In this document: positions 38,373-47,191 of the stretch, piece by piece
How positions within the stretch are numbered: position 1 is the stretch's first letter
Layout of the letters: every line of letters begins with the position of its first letter
NCBI GenBank assembly: GCA_049325515.1
Contig: JBMOLI010000011.1
Location: forward strand, 25,022 to 89,021
From: Actinomycetota bacterium
GTDB taxonomy: Bacteria > Actinomycetota > Acidimicrobiia > Acidimicrobiales > VFJN01
Direction: 5' to 3'
DNA length: 64,000 nucleotides
Program-made: the position numbers and the translations under genes
The notes under the pieces: model-generated
What the model was told of the DNA's origin: nothing
Database searches by the model: none
The model's input: the letters and a program-made list of their open reading frames with translations, nothing else

Positions 38373-39920
38373 TCAGTCGAACAGGGCGCGAACAGCGGCC
38401 TTCTGCACCTTGTTGGTGCCGGTGCGAGGCAGCTCGTCCACGGCCGCGAAGCGCTTCGGCACCTTGTAGTCAGCCAGGTGCTTCTTGCACCACGGGCCCA
38501 GCCGCGCCTTGCTCAGGGTCGCTCCCTCGCGCAGCCGTATGGCTGCTACCGGCACCTCACCCATGCGCTCGTCCGGCAGCCCGACCACTGCCGCCTCGAG
38601 CACGTCCGCGTGCTGCTCGAGCGCTTGCTCGACCTCGAGGGCGTAGACGGAGTAGCCACCGTGCTTGATCACGTGCTTGCTGCGACCCTCGAAGACGAGC
38701 ATCCCGAGCGGACCCTTGCGGGCCAGGTCGCCGGTGCGAAGCCAACCGTCGTCGGTGAGCACGGCGCTCGTGGCGGCTTCGTCTCCCCAGTAGGCCTTCA
38801 GCACGCCGGGCCCCTTCACCTGGAGCTCGCCCACCCCGCCCCCGCGGAGCTCGTCACCGGCCTCGTCCACGATGCGCATCTCGTAGCCGGGCAGAGCGAA
38901 CCCCAGCGCCTCCCCAAGCGGGCCGGAGCCGGCGCCGAGGAAGGGCGGTGACACCTTTGCCGCCACCCCGCCTCCGACCTCGACCATGCCGTAGCCCTCG
39001 GCGAACGCGGCCTGGCCCACGGCGCCGAGCAGCGGAACGGTGATCGTGGCGCCCATGCGCTTGAAGCGCTCGGCCAGCTCGGGGGGCATGGCGTCGGCTC
39101 CCGATGCCCAGACTCGAACCGACGTCAGGTCCCGCTCGGCTGCGTGCGCCTCGTCGAGCATGCGGAACATGGCGGGCACGCCCACGAAGATCGTCGCCCG
39201 GCGCTGCTCGATGGCGTCGAGCACGCTCACCGGGTTGAAGCGCGGGAGCATGTAGGTGGGTATCCCAGCGAAGGCGAGCCCGATCAGCACCGCGAAGCCC
39301 ATGATGTGGGCGACGGGGAGCGCGATCACCGCCTCATCTCGGTGAAGGCGGGTGGGCCACATCGCCGCGGCCGACACCTGCCCGACCAGGGCTTGGTGCG
39401 TGAGCGCGGCACCCTTCGGTGAACCCGTGGTGCCCGAGGTGTAGAAGAGCGCCGCCACGTCCTTCGGGTCGGCGGGGTGCTGCTCCTGGAGCGGTTCGCC
39501 CCCGTCGACCTCCACCGCGCTGCGCAGGACCAGAGTGGCCCCCGAGTCGCGCACGACGTGGTTGATCTCGTCACGGCTCATCTGGTCGTTGACCGGGGCG
39601 GGGATCGTCCCGGCCCGCGCCGCAGCGAAGCACAGGAGCAGCTGCTCGTAGCCGTTCGGCGTGGCCACGACCACCACATCGCCGGGCGATGTGCGCTCAG
39701 CGATCCCGCCGGCCCAGCGCCGCACCCGCTTGGCGGCCTGCGCGTAGGTGACCGACAGACCTCCGCTGGCCTCCGTGACCAGCTTGCGGTTGCCGTGGGC
39801 GCGCTCGAGGCGGTCCATGAGAGTGCCCAGCGTGTGATCACGCCTCAGGACTAGAGCCGCCCGCTCGATCGATCTCGACATGCACATCTGGTCTAACCCG
39901 CCCCGCCGCGAGGCTGCCAA
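38373..39920 (-). CDS. AMP-dependent synthetase/ligase (acyl-CoA synthetase family)
   Basis: AMP-binding signature LFYTSGTTGSPKGAALTH, with later GYGMVE and TGDLARK motifs. Alternative ATG starts at 39887/39881. Confidence 0.85.
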   Translation of the reverse strand: MAASRRGGLDQMCMSRSIERAALVLRRDHTLGTLMDRLERAHGNRKLVTEASGGLSVTYAQAAKRVRRWAGGIAERTSPGDVVVVATPNGYEQLLLCFAAARAGTIPAPVNDQMSRDEINHVVRDSGATLVLRSAVEVDGGEPLQEQHPADPKDVAALFYTSGTTGSPKGAALTHQALVGQVSAAAMWPTRLHRDEAVIALPVAHIMGFAVLIGLAFAGIPTYMLPRFNPVSVLDAIEQRRATIFVGVPAMFRMLDEAHAAERDLTSVRVWASGADAMPPELAERFKRMGATITVPLLGAVGQAAFAEGYGMVEVGGGVAAKVSPPFLGAGSGPLGEALGFALPGYEMRIVDEAGDELRGGGVGELQVKGPGVLKAYWGDEAATSAVLTDDGWLRTGDLARKGPLGMLVFEGRSKHVIKHGGYSVYALEVEQALEQHADVLEAAVVGLPDERMGEVPVAAIRLREGATLSKARLGPWCKKHLADYKVPKRFAAVDELPRTGTNKVQKAAVRALFD

Positions 39921-39945
39921 CCTAGTGCCGCGTCAGGCGGCGGGG

Positions 39946-40713
39946 TCAGTCGGCGGCCAGGAAGATCACCCGCCGCACGATCGGCGGCGGGTCGGTGCCG
40001 AGCAGCTCGAGGGCGCGCAGGGTGCACCTCCGGCGGTCCTCCCCTGACAGCGAGGCCAAGAACGGCGCCGACTGGGCCATGCCCATGCGCCAGGCCACCA
40101 TGTCCGTCGGACCGAGCTCGGCCAGCTCGATCTCTCTCTTCTCGACCCGCACCGGGCGGAGGCCGCCGCGCTCGATCACTGCGGTGGCTGCTTCGACGGT
40201 GCCCCAAGCGGCCATGGCTGCGCGGACCTGTGGGTACCACTGCGGGCGCTGCCAGCCGCGCTCCTCCAGCGCTTGCTCGACCGCGGCCTTCACCGGGTGG
40301 TCGTCATCGGCCGCGTAGGTCGAGGCGACCAGCAGTCTCGACACCCGGCCTGCCTCGCGCACGCCGACAGTGGGGTCGTCGAGGTGGTTCAGCGAGAAGG
40401 CCGCCAGGGAGACGTCGAAGGCGTCGGACCTGAAGGGCAGGGCGACTGCGTCGGCCGCCGCGCCAGGCGGACGAGACTCCCGATCGACGGCCAGCATCTC
40501 GAAGGCAAGGTCGACCGCGGTGACTCGGGCCCCGGTCGCCGCGGCGGCGGTCGAGGCCACACCGGTGCCACTCCCCAGATCGAGCACCGAGCAGCCGGCG
40601 AGATCGATGGGGCTGAAGGCCACCAGCTCCTCGGCCAACCGGCCATAGACGCGACTGGGACCCTCCGCCCAGGCGCTCGCCCCGATGGCGTAAGCACGCC
40701 GGACCGTGCTCAC
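39946..40713 (-). CDS. class I SAM-dependent methyltransferase
   Basis: Motif I VLDLGSGTGVAS. GTG 40713 overlaps the stop of the upstream kinase-like gene (GTGA). The ORF-track start 40842 lies inside that gene. Confidence 0.75.
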   Translation of the reverse strand: MSTVRRAYAIGASAWAEGPSRVYGRLAEELVAFSPIDLAGCSVLDLGSGTGVASTAAAATGARVTAVDLAFEMLAVDRESRPPGAAADAVALPFRSDAFDVSLAAFSLNHLDDPTVGVREAGRVSRLLVASTYAADDDHPVKAAVEQALEERGWQRPQWYPQVRAAMAAWGTVEAATAVIERGGLRPVRVEKREIELAELGPTDMVAWRMGMAQSAPFLASLSGEDRRRCTLRALELLGTDPPPIVRRVIFLAAD

Positions 40714-41762
40714 AGCAGGGCAGAGCCCTCGGCGGCGCGGTCGCACCACCAGGCCAGCTCGTCGCCGTCCCCCAGCGCCTTCTCCCAGCCGAAGATGGTG
40801 AGGCACGCGAGGAGGCCCAGCGCGAGCTGACGATCGAACCACCCGTCTGTGGCCACCCCGTGCCTCTCGAGCGACGCACGAAACGCAGCGATCGACTCCT
40901 CCTTCGACTGCGGGAGGCGCGCCCTGTTGATCGCCAAGTACCAGGCGAGCTCGTAACAGCAGATGCTCTCGCCTGGGTAGGTCCAGTCGATCAGAACGGT
41001 GCGTCCGTCACGACCGATCCCCAGGTTGCCGAGCTTCCAGTCACCGTGCACGAACGTGAGCGGCGTGGTCCGTGCGGCCGCGACCAGCGGGGAGGGGTCA
41101 CGCCGCAGATCGGTGATCACCTCGGCGATCTTCGTCGGCGCGCGCTCCGCGAAGCGCTCCCAGCCGTCGCGTGCGATGGGGGGCACCGGATCGGGCCACC
41201 CGCGCGACTCCTCCACCGCGAGCGATGCCTCGCCGAACCAGGTCCATCGGAGCTCGAGCGGGACCAGGTCGAGGTCGTCGTGCCAGCCCCACATGCACGC
41301 CGACAGTGCAGCCAGGTCGTCGACGAGGGTCAGGTGCTGCTCGAGCGAGAGCGGGTCATCGCCGGGGGGGACCATCGCCTCGCTCATGTCGTGCATGAGC
41401 AGCGCCGCGCCCCACCCGTTGCGCCCCAGCCCGGTTGCGACGGCCACGACCGCGTGGTCGATGCGCTCCGGCAGCACATCCATGAGACCCGCCTGCCAGA
41501 CCTGCGCGGGCTTGCAGCCGATGTCGCCGTTGAAGCGCATGGTCCAGTCGTCGTCGACGTGCACCATCTTCACGATGAAGGGCTCGCCGCCGATGATCAC
41601 CCGCTCGAAGCTCGAGCCCGACTTCGAGTCGCTGACGAAGAACGGTTCGCGATGTGTGGCATCGCCCAGGAGCTCGTCGATCGAGCCCACGACGGGGCGA
41701 GGGGTCAGGGGACGCGGGCTCATGGCGGAAGCATGGTCGTCAGCGATGTGCCTTGCCACCAA
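40710..41762 (-). CDS. phosphotransferase (aminoglycoside/choline kinase-like, APH family)
   Basis: Brenner/catalytic loop FVHGDWKLGNLGI followed by VLIDWTYPG (the DxD/metal-binding region equivalent). Start uncertain (alternative ATG 41723). Confidence 0.75.
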   Translation of the reverse strand: MVARHIADDHASAMSPRPLTPRPVVGSIDELLGDATHREPFFVSDSKSGSSFERVIIGGEPFIVKMVHVDDDWTMRFNGDIGCKPAQVWQAGLMDVLPERIDHAVVAVATGLGRNGWGAALLMHDMSEAMVPPGDDPLSLEQHLTLVDDLAALSACMWGWHDDLDLVPLELRWTWFGEASLAVEESRGWPDPVPPIARDGWERFAERAPTKIAEVITDLRRDPSPLVAAARTTPLTFVHGDWKLGNLGIGRDGRTVLIDWTYPGESICCYELAWYLAINRARLPQSKEESIAAFRASLERHGVATDGWFDRQLALGLLACLTIFGWEKALGDGDELAWWCDRAAEGSALL

Positions 41763-41813
41763 ACCCGCCAGGAGGCTCGCGTCTCCTGCACCTGATGACC
41801 GGTGGTCTGGGAC

Positions 41814-42293
41814 TCAGGAGACCAGCCGAAGCGCGAAGTAGCGGGCGCCCGGCAGTGGGTTGTGGCGGTAGGCCTCGATCTCCTCGAAGCCGAGCGAGGC
41901 GTAGGTGGCGATGGCGGCAGCCATCGTGTCGACGGTGTCGAGCAGCAGTCGCTCGTATCCGAGCGACCGAGCCTTCACCACGGCGGCCTCGCACAGGGCG
42001 CGCCCGACACCCAGCCCGCGAGCCTGGGGCGAGACGTACATCCGCTTCAGCTCGCCGTCGAGGTCATCGAAGCGGCGGATCCCGACGACACCGATCGCGT
42101 CGGTCGTGGGCTCTGCCTTGTCGTAGGCGAGCAGCGCGGCTCCGTGGGGCGGGCCGTACTCGTTCGCCAGCGCATCGAGCTCGCGGTCGAGGTCTTGGAA
42201 GTCGATCTCGAAGGTGAGCTCGGCGAGGTATGCCCGGATCAGACGCTCGACCTGGTGCCAGGCTTCGGGCGATCGGGCCTGATAGATCTCCAC
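41814..42293 (-). CDS. GNAT family N-acetyltransferase
   Basis: Acetyl-CoA motif A RMYVSPQARGLGVGRAL. GTG 42293 lies 4 nt after the helicase stop. Confidence 0.8.
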   Translation of the reverse strand: MEIYQARSPEAWHQVERLIRAYLAELTFEIDFQDLDRELDALANEYGPPHGAALLAYDKAEPTTDAIGVVGIRRFDDLDGELKRMYVSPQARGLGVGRALCEAAVVKARSLGYERLLLDTVDTMAAAIATYASLGFEEIEAYRHNPLPGARYFALRLVS

Positions 42294-42297
42294 CGCT

Positions 42298-45200
42298 TCA
42301 GAGCTTCTTGAGCGGCGCCCACGAGAGCAGCAGGCGCTTCTCCCCAACTCCTGGGAACCGGATCACGACCTCTGCCTTCTCACCCTGGCCCTCGAGCAGG
42401 AGCACGACGCCCTCTCCGAAGGTGGCGTGGGAGACGTCGTCGCCGACCTTCAGACCGAGGGCCTCTGCACCGTGCTTCGCGGGGCCCGTGCCGCTGGAGG
42501 TCAGCGCCCGGTCCACGATCCGGTCGCGATTGCTGCTCACGCCGCTCCCGCTCGAGCCGTAGCCGCCGCTGCCGTAGGTGCGTCCGCCGCGGCTGGCCCG
42601 GCGCTGCTCGATGGCCTCCACCAGGCGTTCGGGGATCTCGTCGAGGAAGCGGCTCGGCGGGTTGTACTGAGTGCCGCCGTACAGCGTGCGGCTCCACGCA
42701 TGGGTCAGGTAGAGGCGCTCCTGCGCGCGGGTGAGAGCGACATACGCCAGGCGCCGCTCCTCCTCCAGCTCGTCGGGCTCACCGATCGAGCGCAGGTGCG
42801 GGAAGACGCCGTCCTCCAGCCCGATGATGAACACGGCCGGGAACTCCAGGCCCTTGGCGGCGTGGATGGTCATGAGCACGACCTGGCTGTCGTCGCCGTC
42901 GATCTCGTCGGCGTCGGAGACGAGGCTCACCTGCTCGAGGAACTGGTCGATCGATTCAGCCTCCTGCGCCGAGCCGACCAGCTCGGCCAGGTTCTCCAGC
43001 CGGCCTTCGCTCTCGATGGTGCGCTCGGCTCTCAGCTCGTCGAGGTAGCCGGAGCGCTCGAGGAGCGCTTCGAGGAGCGGGGCGGGACGGTCGTCCGCCG
43101 CCAGGTCGGCGACGCTGTCGAGCAGGTAGATGAACTGCTCGATGCCCTTGGCCGCCTTGCCGCCGACCCCGGCGTCGTCGGACCGCCGCAGGGCATCCAT
43201 GAAGGACAAGCCCCGCGCCGATGCGTAGGCGTCGAGCTTGCCCACGCTGCTGTCGCCGATGCCTCGCTTGGGGTTGTTGAGCACGCGCTTCACCGACACC
43301 TCGTCAGAGGGGTTGATGACCGTCTTGAGGTAGGCGAGCGCGTCCTTCACCTCACGGCGGTCGTAGAAGCGCGTGCCGCCGATGACCTTGTAGGGCACAC
43401 CGTGGCGCGCCAGGTGCTCCTCCAGCACGCGGCTCTGCGCGTTGGTGCGGTAGAAGACGGCCACATCGCCCCAGCGGTGCTCACCCCCGTCGTGCAGGCG
43501 CGAGATCTCGCGCGTCACCCACTGCGCCTCGTCGACCTCGTCGTCGCCGTGGTAGCGCACGATTGGGTGGCCGTCGCCACGGTCGGTCCAGAGCTCCTTC
43601 GGCTTGCGCCCGAGGTTGTTGGAGATGACGGCGTTGGCAGCGTCGAGAATCGTCTGGGTGGAGCGGTAGTTCTGCTCGAGCACGACGACCGTGACCTCAG
43701 GAAAGGCGTTCTCGAACTCGAGGATGTTCCTCATGTCCGCTCCCCTGAAGGCATAGATACTGTTGTGGACGCAAATATTGTCCGCGCAATAGTTGTGCGT
43801 CCCCTCCACCTCGAGGTCGTAGACCGGCCCGTCGTACGAGACGGTGTCGACATCGTCGACGCGAGTTGGAACGAGATCCCCAGCGCCATCGTCGACCAGC
43901 ACCGTCATCCCCGGCCGAAGATGTGACAGCGGCATGAAGGCCCACACGCGATCGCCGATCTGTGCCCTCCGCCGGATCTTCAAACCGCCCGCGTGAGCCG
44001 AGGCGAGAGCCAGGTCAAGCGCGTCTCCGTAGCTCTTGCGCATCGTCTCGAAGCGGACACTCGAGCTCTTGGCGGACCTCACCGGAATGCCAGCCGCCTT
44101 CAGGCGGTCGGCCACGTCAAGCCTGTTCGAGCACCACTGGACCCGATGGTGAGCTATCCCTGAGGTGCGGCGCTCGCCCCCGAACATGCTCAGGTTGAGG
44201 GTCTGGCGCCGCCCTCCAGCACCCGGCCAGATGTGAGGGAACTCGGGATGGAGGTCGAGGTCAGCCATCAGCTCCTTGGCGCGCAGATCGGTGTCGAGCA
44301 CCTCGAACAACTCCGCGATCTGCTCCTCGTCCATCGCCAGACGCCGACCCTGGCCGTGAAAGACAGCAGTGGGGAGTCCGTAGGCCGCTGCGTAGAGCGA
44401 CTCCCAGTACGACGCTTCGCCTCGGGAATCGCAGACCCGCAAGAACCAGAGCGCATCGGCGTGCTCCTGGTTGACCCGGACTCGCGGACCCAGCTCCTCC
44501 CCGCTGGCTCCGCTGCGGACGCTCTGGGTGAGACCGATGCGCCAGCCGCGGTCACTTCGGTACATCAGGTACACGACCCACTTGTCACGGTCGAGCATCG
44601 GGTCGGCGAACACGATGTGGTGGGGGGTGCCCTCAAGGGTGTGCCCGCCTGCTCGGACGAAGTACTGGCGACCCGACCACTCACCTACTTGCACGTGGGT
44701 GACTCGGCCGCTGACCTGCTCGAAGCCTCCGCCGGTGCCTAGCACCTCGTCGCCGACCTCGATCTGCTCGATGGGCCGCGGTCCGTGTGGCGTGGAGACG
44801 AGCGTGCCCGTGGGCAGGCACTGGTCTCCGTCGCCTACCACGCAGACGTTGCGGTGGGTCTTGGAGAGGAGGAGCACGAGCTCGTTCTGGACGGCATTGG
44901 TGTCCTGGTACTCGTCGACCAGGACGTGCTTGAAGCGCCGCTGGTAGTGCTCGAGCAGATCGGGGTTGCGGCGCAGCAGCTCGACCGCGTTGGCGAGCAG
45001 GTCGTCGAAGTCCATCGCACCAGCGCGCTGGAGGCGGGCCTGGTACTCGGTGAAGATCTCGCCGATCTTGCGCTCGAAGATCACCTCGGCCCGGTCGACG
45101 TACTGCCCCGCCGAGATGCCGTCGTTCTTGGCCGCGCTGATGGTGGCGTGGATCGACCTCGGTGGGAACCGCTTCGGGTCGAGACCGAGATCTCGGATGA

Positions 45201-45582
45201 CGTAGCCGGTGAGCCTGTTGGCATCGGCCTGGTCGTAGATCGTGAACTGCTTCGGGTAGCCGAGCCGGTCGGCGTCGCGTCGCAGGATCCGCACGCACGC
45301 GGCGTGGAAGGTCGACACCCACATCTTCTCGGCGACCGGGCCGACGAGAGCAGCCACGCGGTGCTTCATCTCGTCCGCCGCCTTGTTGGTGAACGTGATG
45401 GCGAGGATCTCGAACGGGCTCACCCCGCACTCGCGGATCAGGTGTGCGATGCGATGCGTGAGGACCCGCGTCTTGCCCGACCCCGCGCCCGCCACGATGA
45501 GGAGCGGCCCCTCGTCATGGGCGACGGCCTCCCACTGAACCGGGTTGAGGCCCTCCTGGAGGGAATCGGGCGCGTCGCTCAT
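42298..45582 (-). CDS. pcrA: ATP-dependent DNA helicase PcrA/UvrD (SF1), interrupted by an intein
   Basis: Walker A AGAGSGKTRV, motif II VLVDEYQDTN, motif III split as VVGDGDQ | intein | SIYAFRGAD, and later motifs VLEQNYRST and TIHAAKGLEF. Total length is 1094 aa. Confidence 0.95.
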   Translation of the reverse strand: MSDAPDSLQEGLNPVQWEAVAHDEGPLLIVAGAGSGKTRVLTHRIAHLIRECGVSPFEILAITFTNKAADEMKHRVAALVGPVAEKMWVSTFHAACVRILRRDADRLGYPKQFTIYDQADANRLTGYVIRDLGLDPKRFPPRSIHATISAAKNDGISAGQYVDRAEVIFERKIGEIFTEYQARLQRAGAMDFDDLLANAVELLRRNPDLLEHYQRRFKHVLVDEYQDTNAVQNELVLLLSKTHRNVCVVGDGDQCLPTGTLVSTPHGPRPIEQIEVGDEVLGTGGGFEQVSGRVTHVQVGEWSGRQYFVRAGGHTLEGTPHHIVFADPMLDRDKWVVYLMYRSDRGWRIGLTQSVRSGASGEELGPRVRVNQEHADALWFLRVCDSRGEASYWESLYAAAYGLPTAVFHGQGRRLAMDEEQIAELFEVLDTDLRAKELMADLDLHPEFPHIWPGAGGRRQTLNLSMFGGERRTSGIAHHRVQWCSNRLDVADRLKAAGIPVRSAKSSSVRFETMRKSYGDALDLALASAHAGGLKIRRRAQIGDRVWAFMPLSHLRPGMTVLVDDGAGDLVPTRVDDVDTVSYDGPVYDLEVEGTHNYCADNICVHNSIYAFRGADMRNILEFENAFPEVTVVVLEQNYRSTQTILDAANAVISNNLGRKPKELWTDRGDGHPIVRYHGDDEVDEAQWVTREISRLHDGGEHRWGDVAVFYRTNAQSRVLEEHLARHGVPYKVIGGTRFYDRREVKDALAYLKTVINPSDEVSVKRVLNNPKRGIGDSSVGKLDAYASARGLSFMDALRRSDDAGVGGKAAKGIEQFIYLLDSVADLAADDRPAPLLEALLERSGYLDELRAERTIESEGRLENLAELVGSAQEAESIDQFLEQVSLVSDADEIDGDDSQVVLMTIHAAKGLEFPAVFIIGLEDGVFPHLRSIGEPDELEEERRLAYVALTRAQERLYLTHAWSRTLYGGTQYNPPSRFLDEIPERLVEAIEQRRASRGGRTYGSGGYGSSGSGVSSNRDRIVDRALTSSGTGPAKHGAEALGLKVGDDVSHATFGEGVVLLLEGQGEKAEVVIRFPGVGEKRLLLSWAPLKKL
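43762..44820 (-). mobile_element. intein (353 codons) inside helicase motif III of pcrA/uvrD
   Basis: Begins with Cys (CLPTGTLVSTPHG, block A; codon at 44820-44818). Block B is GHTLEGTPHHIVF, blocks F/G are VYDLEVEGTHNYCADNICVHN, and the +1 residue is Ser (SIYAFRGAD). The last Asn codon is at 43764-43762. The flanks rejoin into the canonical GDxDQSIYxFRGA motif. Confidence 0.85.
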
Positions 45583-45647
45583 GGGGGACTCAGGCTACCG
45601 GTGCGGTGTGGCGGCCCCGGACCCGGCGCGCCGGTACGGTCCGTGGC

Positions 45648-47180
45648 GTGACCGTGCCCCGAGACGTCGTCGTGGTGCTGCTCGACAGCCTCAACCGCCA
45701 CCTCCTCGGGTGCTACGGCAGCGGCGAGTTCGACACGCCCAACCTCGACCGCCTGGCGGCCCGCTCCGTTCGGTTCACGAACCACCACACCGGCTCGCTG
45801 CCGTGCATGCCGGCTCGCCACGACCTCCTGGTGGGAGCGCTCGACTTCCCCTGGCGACCGTGGGGGTCGATCGAGGTGTGGGAGGACTCGATCACGCACC
45901 TGCTGCGGCGCGACGCCGGCGTGTCGACGATGCTCGTCTCCGACCACCCGCATCTCTTCGAGGCGGGCGGCGAGAACTACCACGTCGACTTCCAGGGCTG
46001 GGAGTACCTGCGGGGCCACGAGGACGATCCGTGGCGCACGCGTCCAGACCCCTCGTGGCTCGGCGCTCCGGCACTGCAGGCGCGCGCCGCCCCGTGGGAG
46101 CGCGCCTACGACAGCGCGCGCACGTGGTTCAGGGACGAGGCCGACTTCCCCGGCCCGCGCACGATGGTCGCCGCGGCAGAGTGGCTCGATCGGGAGCTGG
46201 CCGCGGTCCGCGAGCCGCACGAGCGGTCGCTGCTGGTCGTCGACGAGTTCGACCCGCACGAGCCCTTCGACGTGCCAGAGCCGTGGGCGTCTCGCTACGA
46301 CCCCGACTGGGAGGGCGAGCGCCTCATCTGGCCGCCCTACGCCCGCGACGCGGCGAGCGCCGGCCTCACACCGCGGGAAGGCCAGCACCTGCGCGCGCAG
46401 TACGGCGCCAAGCTGTCGATGATCGACCACTGGCTGGGTCGCATCCTCGAGGTGATCGACCGTCGCGATGCATGGGACTCGACTGCCGTCGTGCTGTGCA
46501 CCGATCACGGCCACTACTTGGGCGAGCGCGGCACGTGGGGCAAGCCGGCCGTGCCCGTCTTCCCCGAGATGGGCCACATCCCGCTGCTCATCAGCTGGCC
46601 CGGCGTCGCGCCGAGGTCGTGTGATGCGCTGACCACGACCGTCGATCTGCACGCCACCCTCTGCGACACGTTCGCCGTCGAGCCTTCCCATCGCACGCAC
46701 GGTCGCTCGATCGTGCCGCTGCTCGAGAGCCAGGTCAGCTCTGTCCGCGAGTGGGCGCTGTGCGGGGTGTGGGGGCGCGAGGTCCACGTGGCGGACGCGA
46801 CCCGCACCTACGCGCGCGCTCCGGTCGACGCCAACCGACCCCTCTCCATGTGGTCGAACCGCTGGTCGACCATGCCCGTGCGCGCCTTCCCCGACCTGCG
46901 CCTGCCGCGCCCCGACCGGCGCGCAACGCTCGACCACCTTCCCGGCAGCGACGTGCCGGTCATCCGCCAGCCGTTCGACCCGAGCGATGCGATCCCGTTC
47001 TGGGCGTCGGGCCGCTTCCAGGGCGACGTGCTCTACGACAGAGCCGAGTGTGCAGCGACCGGCGAGGTGCGCGACCAGTCGGGCGACGGGGCCGCCGCGG
47101 AGATGAGCGAGCTCCTGCGGGCGGCCCTCCGTTCCATCGAGGCGCCGGCCGAGCAGCTGGTCCGGCTGGGCTTGGACTAG
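45648..47180 (+). CDS. sulfatase family hydrolase
   Basis: VVVVLLDSLNRH metal-binding N-terminus and the C-x-P-x-R formylglycine signature in GSLPCMPARHDLLVG. GTG 45648 chosen; the ORF-track start is 45606. Confidence 0.85.
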   Translation: MTVPRDVVVVLLDSLNRHLLGCYGSGEFDTPNLDRLAARSVRFTNHHTGSLPCMPARHDLLVGALDFPWRPWGSIEVWEDSITHLLRRDAGVSTMLVSDHPHLFEAGGENYHVDFQGWEYLRGHEDDPWRTRPDPSWLGAPALQARAAPWERAYDSARTWFRDEADFPGPRTMVAAAEWLDRELAAVREPHERSLLVVDEFDPHEPFDVPEPWASRYDPDWEGERLIWPPYARDAASAGLTPREGQHLRAQYGAKLSMIDHWLGRILEVIDRRDAWDSTAVVLCTDHGHYLGERGTWGKPAVPVFPEMGHIPLLISWPGVAPRSCDALTTTVDLHATLCDTFAVEPSHRTHGRSIVPLLESQVSSVREWALCGVWGREVHVADATRTYARAPVDANRPLSMWSNRWSTMPVRAFPDLRLPRPDRRATLDHLPGSDVPVIRQPFDPSDAIPFWASGRFQGDVLYDRAECAATGEVRDQSGDGAAAEMSELLRAALRSIEAPAEQLVRLGLD

Positions 47181-47191
47181 ACCCTCTGCCG

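Noticed and set aside
45579-46937. 452-aa ORF antisense to the sulfatase gene
   Set aside because: The plus-strand frame has the CxPxR sulfatase signature. The antisense frame is Arg/Pro/Gly-rich with no motif.
46751-47191. Upstream extension of the GDH-like ORF (434 aa)
   Set aside because: It overlaps the sulfatase 3' end in another frame. ATG 47192 lies 12 nt after the sulfatase stop and gives a sensible N-terminus.
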